From: Auanema rhodensis
Taxonomy: Eukaryota > Animalia > Nematoda
Direction: 5' to 3'
Length of the DNA: 64,000 nucleotides
Assembly: GCA_964057225.1 (NCBI GenBank)
Contig: OZ059898.1
Coordinates: 17,794,001 to 17,858,000, forward strand
In this document: positions 55,601 to 64,000 of the stretch, piece by piece
How the letters are laid out: the number at the start of each line of letters is the position of its first letter
Numbering within the stretch: the stretch's first letter is position 1
Made by a program: the position numbers and the translations under genes
Notes under the pieces: model-generated
Database searches by the model: none
Seen by the model: only the letters and a program-made list of their open reading frames with translations
What the model was told of the DNA's origin: nothing

Positions 55601-56700
55601 TGAGAAACGCTTGATACAAAAATTAGTTATGATCGTTTGAAAAATGATGCATTAGTGTATTTTGAGTTTCCATGTACACTCAACATTGCTTCCAAAAACA
55701 TTTTGACAAAATTTTTTTCGAGAAATTTCAAAATAATTTCGCAAACAGTAGATGTTTTTAGATTTTTTTTTTCAAGGCAAAGACGATGGACGATGTTATT
55801 CAACGAAAAAATTAATTCTTCAGGGTGAAAATCGAGGATATAAGTGTGAACTTATATCAGTTGATATCTCGGTGCACTTTTAAGCTAGCGCAAATCTGAT
55901 AACACAGATCGACGCAGCTTAAAAATCCGCATCGAATGCACTATACTACATTGAGAAACGCTTGATACAAAAATTAGTTACGATCGTTTGAAAATGATGC
56001 ATTAGTGTATTTTGAGTTTCCATGTACACTCAACATTGCTTCCAAAACATTTTGACAAAAATTTTTTCGAAAAATTTCAAAATAATTTAGCAAAAAGTAG
56101 CTGTTTTTAGATTCCTTTTTTCAAGGCAAAAACGATGGACAATGTTATTCAACGAAAAAATTAATTCTTCAGGGTGAAAATCGAGGATATAAGTGTGAAC
56201 TTACATCAGTTGATATCTCGGTGCATTTTTAAGCTAGCGCAAATCTGATAACACAGATCGACGCAGCTTAAAAATCCGCATCGAATGCACTATACTACAT
56301 TGAGAAACGCTTGATACAAAAATTAGTTATGATCGTTTGAAAAATGATGCATTAGTGTATTTTGAGTTTCCATGTACACTCAACATTGCTTCCAAAAACA
56401 TTTTGACAAAAATTTTTCCGAAAAATTTCAAAATAATTTCGCAAAAAGTAGATGTTTTTAGATTTTTTTTTTCAAGGCAAAGACGATGGACAAGGTTATT
56501 CAACGAAAAAATTAATTCTTCAGGGTGAAAATCGAGGATATAAGTGTGAACTTATATCAGTTGATATCTCGGTGCATTTTTAAGCTAGCGCAAATCTGAT
56601 AACACAGATCGACGCAGCTTAAAAATCCGCATCGAATGCACTATACTACATTGAGAAACGCTTGATACAAAAATTAGTTATGATCGTTTGAAAAATGATG
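48624..56700 (+). repeat. SatB domain 4: indel-bearing monomers (348/349/354/355 bp) with 2-, 3- and 8-mer periods
   Basis: TGTA duplication at 50061, 51114, 52869. Offsets of 1053 (49326>50379), 2808 (48624>51432) and 700 (53536>54236>54936). Confidence 0.85.
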
Positions 56701-58079
56701 CATTAGTGTATTTTGAGTTTCCATGTACACTCAACATTGCTTCCAAAAACATTTTGACAAAAATTTTTCCGAAAAATTTCAAAATAATTTCGCAAAAAGT
56801 AGATGTTTTTAGATTTTTTTTTTCAAGGCAAAGACGATGGACAAGGTTATTCAACGAAAAAATTAATTCTTCAGGGTGAAAATCGAGGATATAAGTGTGA
56901 ACTTATATCAGTTGATATCTCGGTGCATTTTCAAGCTAGCGCAAATCTAATAACACAGATCGACGCAGCTTAAAAATCCGCATCGAATGCACTATACTAA
57001 ATTGAGAAACGCTTGATACAAAAATTAGTTATGACCGTTTGAAAAATGATGCATTAGTGTATTTTGAGTTTCCATGTACACTCAACATTGCTTCCAAAAA
57101 CATTTTGACAAAAATTTTTTCGAAAAATTTCAAAATAATTTCGCAAAAAGTAGATGTTTTTAGATTTCTTTTTTCAAGGCAAAGACGATGGACAATCTTA
57201 TTCAACGAAAAAATTAATTCTTCAGGGTGAAAATCGAGGATATAAGTGTGAACTTATATCAGTTGATATCTCGTTGCACTTTTAAGCTAGCGCAAATCTG
57301 ATAACACAGATCGACGCAGCTTAAAAATCCGCATCGAATGCACTATACTACATTGAGAAACGCTTAATACAAAAATTAGTTATGATCGTTTGAAAAATGA
57401 TGCATTAGTGTATTTTGAGTTTCCATGTACACTCAACATTGCTTCCAAAAACATTTTGACAAAAATTTTTTCGAAAAATTTCAAAATAATTTCGCAAAAA
57501 GTAAATGTTTTTAGATTTCTTTTTTCAAGGCAAAGACGATGGACAATGTTATTCAACAAAAAAATTAATTCTTCAGGGTGAAAATCGAGGATATAAGTGT
57601 GAACTTATATCAGTTGATATCTCGGTGCATTTTTAAGCTAGCGCAAATCTGATAACACAGATCGACGCAGCTTAAAACTCCGCATCGAGTGCACTATACT
57701 ACATTGAGAAACGCTTGATACAAAAATTAGTTATGATCGTTTGAAAAATGATGCATTAGTGTATTTTGAGTTTCCATGTACATTCAACATTGCTTCCAAA
57801 AATATTTTGACAAAAATTTTTCCGAAAAATTTCAAAATAATTTCGCAAAAAGTAGATGTTTTTAGATTTTTTTTTTCAAGGCAAAGACGATGGACAAGGT
57901 TATTCAACGAAAAAATTAATTCTTCAGGGTGAAAATCGAGGATATAAGTGTGAACTTATATCAGTTGATATCTCGGTGCATTTTTCAGCTAGCGCAAATC
58001 TGATAACACAGATCGACGCAGCTTAAAAATCCGCATCGAATGCACTATACTACATTGAGAAACGCTTGATACAAAAATT

Positions 58080-61000
58080 AGTTATGATCGTTTGAAAAAT
58101 GATGCATTAGTGTATTTTGAGTTTCCATGTACACTCAACATTGCTTCCAAAAACATTGTGACAAAAATTTTTCCGAAAAATTTCAAAATAATTTCGCAAA
58201 AAGTAGATGTTTTTAGATTTTTTTTCTCAAGGCAAAGACGATGGACAAGGTTATTCAACGAAAACATTAATTCTTCAGGGTGAAAATCGAGGATATAAGT
58301 GTGAACTTATATCAGTTGATATCTCGGTGCATTTTCAAGCTAGCGCAAATCTAATAACACAGATCGACGCAGCTTAAAAATCCGCATCGAATGCACTATA
58401 CTAAATTGAGAAACGCTTGATACAAAAATTAGTTATGATCGTTTGAAAAATGATGCATTAGTGTATTTTGAGTTTCCATGTACACTGAACATTGCTTCCA
58501 AAAACATTTTGACAAAAATTTTTCCGAAAAATTTCAAAATAATTTCGCAAAAAGTAGATGTTTTTCGATTTTTTTTTTCAAGGCAAAGACGATGGACAAT
58601 GTTATTCAACGAAAAATTTAATTCTTCAGGGTGAAAATCGAGGATATAAGTGTGAGCTTATATCAGTTGATATCTCGGTGCATTTTTAAGCTAGCGCAAA
58701 TCTGATAACACAGATCGACGCAGCTTAAAAATCCGCATCGAATGCACTATACTACATTGAGAAACGCTTGATACAAAAATTAGTTATGATCGTTTGAAAA
58801 ATGATGCATTAGTGTATTTTGAGTTTCCATGTACACTGAACTTTGCTTCCAAAAACATTTTGACAAAAATTTTTCCGAAAAATTTCAAAATAATTTCGCA
58901 AAAAGTAGATGTTTTTAGATTTTTTTTTCTCAAGGCAAAGACGATGGACAAGGTTATTCAACGAAAACATTAATTCTTCAGGGTGAAAATCGAGGATATA
59001 AGTGTGAACTTATATCAGTTGATATCTCGGTGCATTTTCAAGCTAGCGCAAATCTAATAACACAGATCGACGCAGCTTAAAAATCCGCATCGAATGCACT
59101 ATACTAAATTGAGAAACGCTTGATACAAAAATTAGTTATGATCGTTTGAAAAATGATGCATTAGTGTATTTTGAGTTTCCATGTACACTGAACATTGCTT
59201 CCAAAAACATTTTGACAAAAATTTTTCCGAAAAATTTCAAAATAATTTCGCAAAAAGTAGATGTTTTTCGATTTTTTTTTTCAAGGCAAAGACGATGGAC
59301 AATGTTATTCAACGAAAAATTTAATTCTTCAGGGTGAAAATCGAGGATATAAGTGTGAGCTTATATCAGTTGATATCTCGGTGCATTTTTAAGCTAGCGC
59401 AAATCTGATAACACAGATCGACGCAGCTTAAAAATCCGCATCGAATGCACTATACTACATTGAGAAACGCTTGATACAAAAATTAGTTATGATCGTTTGA
59501 AAAATGATGCATTAGTGTATTTTGAGTTTCCATGTACACTCAACATTGCTTCCAAAAACATTTTGACAAAAATTTTTCCGAAAAATTTCAAAATAATTTC
59601 GCAAAAAGTAGATGTTTTTAGATTTTTTTTCTCAAGGCAAAGACGATGGACAAGGTTATTCAACGAAAACATTAATTCTTCAGGGTGAAAATCGAGGATA
59701 TAAGTGTGAACTTATATCAGTTGATATCTCGGTGCATTTTCAAGCTAGCGCAAATCTAATAACACAGATCGACGCAGCTTAAAAATCCGCATCGAATGCA
59801 CTATACTAAATTGAGAAACGCTTGATACAAAAATTAGTTATGATCGTTTGAAAAATGATGCATTAGTGTATTTTGAGTTTCCATGTACACTGAACATTGC
59901 TTCCAAAAACATTTTGACAAAAATTTTTCCGAAAAATTTCAAAATAATTTCGCAAAAAGTAGATGTTTTTCGATTTTTTTTTTCAAGGCAAAGACGATGG
60001 ACAATGTTATTCAACGAAAAATTTAATTCTTCAGGGTGAAAATCGAAGATATAAGTGTGAACTTATATCAGTTGATATCTCGGTGCATTTTTAAGCTAGC
60101 GCAAATCTGATAACACAGATCGATGCAGCTTAAAAATCCGCATCGAATGCACTATACTACATTGAGAAACGCTTGATACAAAAATTAGTTATGATCGTTT
60201 GAAAAATGATGCATTAGTGTATTTTGAGTTTCCATGTACACTCAACATTGCTTCCAAAAACATTTTGACAAAAATTTTCTCGAAAAATTTCAAAATAATT
60301 TCGCAAAAAGTAAATGTTTTTAGATTTCTTTTTTCAAGGCAAAGACGATGGACAATGTTATTCAACGAAAAATTTAATTCTTCAGGGTGAAAATCGAAGA
60401 TATAAGTGTGAACTTATATCAGTTGATATCTCGGTGCATTTTTAAGCTAGCGCAAATCTGATAACACAGATCGATGCAGCTTAAAAATCCGCATCGAATG
60501 CACTATACTACATTGAGAAACGCTTGATACAAAAATTAGTTATGATCGTTTGAAAAATGATGCATTAGTGTATTTTGAGTTTCCATGTACACTCAACATT
60601 GCTTCCAAAAACATTTTGACAAAAATTTTTCCGAAAAATTTCAAAATAATTTCGCAAAAAGTAGATGTTTTTAGATTTTTTTTCTCAAGGCAAAGACGAT
60701 GGACAAGGTTATTCAACGAAAACATTAATTCTTCAGGGTGAAAATCGAGGATATAAGTGTGAACTTATATCAGTTGATATCTCGGTGCATTTTCAAGCTA
60801 GCGCAAATCTAATAACACAGATCGACGCAGCTTAAAAATCCGCATCGAATGCACTATACTAAATTGAGAAACGCTTGATACAAAAATTAGTTATGATCGT
60901 TTGAAAAATGATGCATTAGTGTATTTTGAGTTTCCATGTACACTGAACATTGCTTCCAAAAACATTTTGACAAAAATTTTTCCGAAAAATTTCAAAATAA

Positions 61001-63082
61001 TTTCGCAAAAAGTAGATGTTTTTCGATTTTTTTTTTCAAGGCAAAGACGATGGACAATGTTATTCAACGAAAAATTTAATTCTTCAGGGTGAAAATCGAA
61101 GATATAAGTGTGAACTTATATCAGTTGATATCTCGGTGCATTTTTAAGCTAGCGCAAATCTGATAACACAGATCGATGCAGCTTAAAAATCCGCATCGAA
61201 TGCACTATACTACATTGAGAAACGCTTGATACAAAAATTAGTTATGATCGTTTGAAAAATGATGCATTAGTGTATTTTGAGTTTCCATGTACACTCAACA
61301 TTGCTTCCAAAAACATTTTGACAAAAATTTTCTCGAAAAATTTCAAAATAATTTCGCAAAAAGTAAATGTTTTTAGATTTCTTTTTTCAAGGCAAAGACG
61401 ATGGACAATGTTATTCAACGAAAAATTTAATTCTTCAGGGTGAAAATCGAAGATATAAGTGTGAACTTATATCAGTTGATATCTCGGTGCATTTTTAAGC
61501 TAGCGCAAATCTGATAACACAGATCGATGCAGCTTAAAAATGCGCATCGAATGCACTATACTACATTGAGAAACGCTTGATACAAAAATTAGTTATGATC
61601 GTTTGAAAATGATGCATTAGTGTATTTTGAGTTTCCATGTACACTCAACATTGCTTCCAAAAACATTTTGACAAAAATTTTTCCGAAAAATTTCAAAATA
61701 ATTTCGCAAAAAGTAGATGTTTTTAGATTTTTTTTCTCAAGGCAAAGACGATGGACAAGGTTATTCAACGAAAACATTAATTCTTCAGGGTGAAAATCGA
61801 GGATATAAGTGTGAACTTATATCAGTTGATATCTCGGTGCATTTTCAAGCTAGCGCAAATCTAATAACACAGATCGACGCAGCTTAAAAATCCGCATCGA
61901 ATGCACTATACTAAATTGAGAAACGCTTGATACAAAAATTAGTTATGATCGTTTGAAAAATGATGCATTAGTGTATTTTGAGTTTCCATGTACACTGAAC
62001 ATTGCTTCCAAAAACATTTTGACAAAAATTTTTCCGAAAAATTTCAAAATAATTTCGCAAAAAGTAGATGTTTTTCGATTTTTTTTTTCAAGGCAAAGAC
62101 GATGGACAATGTTATTCAACGAAAAATTCAATTCTTCAGGGTGAAAATCGAGGATATAAGTGTGAGCTTATATCAGTTGATATCTCGGTGCATTTTTAAG
62201 CTAGCGCAAATTTGATAACACAGATCGACGCAGCTTAAAAATCCGCATCGAATGCACTATACTACATTGAGAAACGCTTGATACAAAAATTAGTTATGAT
62301 CGTTTGAAAAATGATGCATTAGTGTATTTTGAGTTTCCATGTACACTCAACATTGCTTCCAAAAACATTTTGACAAAAATTTTTCCGAAAAATTTCAAAA
62401 TAATTTCGCAAAAAGTAGATGTTTTTAGATTTTTTTTCTCAAGGCAAAGACGATGGACAAGGTTATTCAACGAAAACATTAATTCTTCAGGGTGAAAATC
62501 GAGGATATAAGTGTGAACTTATATCAGTTGATATCTCGGTGCATTTTCAAGCTAGCGCAAATCTAATAACACAGATCGACGCAGCTTAAAAATCCGCATC
62601 GAATGCACTATACTACATTGAGAAACGCTTGATACAAAAATTAGTTATGATCGTTTGAAAAATGATGCATTAGTGTATTTTGAGTTTCCATGTACACTCA
62701 ACATTGCTTCCAAAAACATTTTGACAAAAATTTTCTCGAAAAATTTCAAAATAATTTCGCAAAAAGTAAATGTTTTTAGATTTCTTTTTTCAAGGCAAAG
62801 ACGATGGACAATGTTATTCAACGAAAAATTTAATTCTTCAGGGTGAAAATCGAAGATATAAGTGTGAACTTATATCAGTTGATATCTCGGTGCATTTTTA
62901 AGCTAGCGCAAATCTGATAACACAGATCGATGCAGCTTAAAAATGCGCATCGAATGCACTATACTACATTGAGAAACGCTTGATACAAAAATTAGTTATG
63001 ATCGTTTGAAAATGATGCATTAGTGTATTTTGAGTTTCCATGTACACTCAACATTGCTTCCAAAAACATTTTGACAAAAATT
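58080..63082 (+). repeat. SatB domain 5: dimer changing to trimer HOR
   Basis: Variants TTTCTCAAGG/GAAAACATTAA, CACTGAAC and TTTTCTCG/CGAAGATAT. Period is about 702 from 58092 to 59497, then 1053 (59497>60550, 59848>60901, 60199>61252). Confidence 0.85.
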
Positions 63083-63095
63083 GTAGTATAGTGCA
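63071..63095. other. Orientation-switch (inversion) junction within SatB
   Basis: Forward ...TTGACAAAAATT (to 63082) joins TGTAGTATAGTGCATTCG (from 63082), the reverse complement of CGAATGCACTATACTACA. The T at 63082 is shared. Confidence 0.97.
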
Positions 63096-64000
63096 TTCGA
63101 TGCGGATTTTTAAGCTGCGTCGATCTGTGTTATCAGATTTGCGCTAGCTTAAAAATGCACCGAGATATCAACTGATATAAGTTCACACTTATATCCTCGA
63201 TTTTCACCCTGAAGAATTAATTTTTTCGTTGAATAACATTGTCCATCGTTTTTGCCTTGAAAAAAGGAATCTAAAAACAGCTACTTTTTGCTAAATTATT
63301 TTGAAATTTTTCGAAAAAATTTTTGTCAAAATGTTTTGGAAGCAATGTTGAGTGTACATGGAAACTCAAAATACACTAATGCATCATTTTTCAAACGATC
63401 ATAACTAATTTTTGTATCAAGCGTTTCTCAATGTAGTATAGTGCATTCGATGCGGATTTTTAAGCTGCGTCGATCTGTGTTATTAGATTTGCGCTAGCTT
63501 GAAAATGCACCGAGATATAAACTGATATAAGTTCACACTTATATCCTCGATTTTCACCCTGAAGAATTAATTTTTTCGTTGAATAACCTTGTCCATCGTC
63601 TTTGCCTTGAAAAAAAAAATCTAAAAACATCTACTTTTTGCGAAATTATTTTGAAATTTTTCGGAAAAATTTTTGTCAAAATGTTTTTGGAAGCAATGTT
63701 GAGTGTACATGGAAACTCAAAATACACTAATGCATCATTTTTCAAACGATCATAACTAATTTTTGTATCAAGCGTTTCTCAATGTAGTATAGTGCATTCG
63801 ATGCGGATTTTTAAGCTGCATCGATCTGTGTTATCAGATTTGCGCTAGCTTAAAAATGCACCGAGATATCAACTGATATAAGTTCACACTTATATCTTCG
63901 ATTTTCACCCTGAAGAATTAAATTTTTCGTTGAATAACATTGTCCATCGTCTTTGCCTTGAAAAAAAAAATCTAAAAACATCTACTTTTTGCGAAATTAT
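63082..64000 (-). repeat. SatB in inverted orientation, about 2.6 monomers; continues off the right edge
   Basis: The sequence is the reverse complement of SatB throughout. The same 63-aa repeat ORF appears on the minus strand at 63554..63745. Confidence 0.99.

Larger units (their letters stand above)
3488..63082 (+). repeat. 351-bp tandem satellite (SatB), about 170 head-to-tail monomers
   Basis: Marker ATGTACACTC at 3489, 3840, 4151, 4501, 4852 and onward. The ORF track repeats every 351 bp. Monomers differ by scattered substitutions and 1-bp homopolymer indels, plus rare 40-bp and 4-bp indels. Confidence 0.99.

Noticed and set aside
3488-63082. Tandem 5S rRNA, tRNA, snRNA or spliced-leader gene array
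   Set aside because: I recognise no 5S, tRNA cloverleaf, A/B box or snRNA sequence in the unit. An Rfam cmscan would be the formal test.
7229-63745. Over 100 copies of a 63-aa ORF (MKNDALVYFEFPC...) as a tandem gene array
   Set aside because: It starts at TTG, is rich in F/K/I/N as expected from A/T tracts, and has no recognisable domain. It is freely broken by TAG/TGA stops and frameshifts, and most visible variants change amino acids. It is a by-product of the satellite unit.
62968-64000. Inversion as a fold-back sequencing chimera
   Set aside because: A fold-back would mirror the adjacent monomers' variants, but the inverted monomers carry different haplotypes. A contig mis-join is still possible without read evidence.

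Overview
The whole window is AT-rich tandem satellite DNA, most likely eukaryotic (peri)centromeric heterochromatin; the organism cannot be identified from sequence alone. I find no credible gene, RNA gene, transposon or CRISPR array. There are three blocks. (1) 1-3487: a ~180-bp satellite (SatA), 19 full monomers of 176/181/182 bp in 3-, 4- and 5-mer higher-order repeats (HORs). (2) 3488-63082: about 170 head-to-tail copies of a 351-bp satellite (SatB), joined to SatA with no spacer and divided into successive domains with their own diagnostic variants and HOR periods (2, 3, 5, 6, 7, 8, 11, 15-mers). (3) 63082-64000: SatB in inverted orientation, creating a kilobase-scale inverted repeat around a 113-bp spacer. 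Most interesting points: the orientation switch, whose inverted arm is not a mirror of the adjacent monomers; colinear motif similarity hinting that SatA and SatB share an ancestor; old variants reappearing on both flanks of a 24-kb length-invariant core; and several dyad symmetries built into the SatB monomer. The ORFs in the track are by-products of the repeat unit. All comparisons were made by eye.
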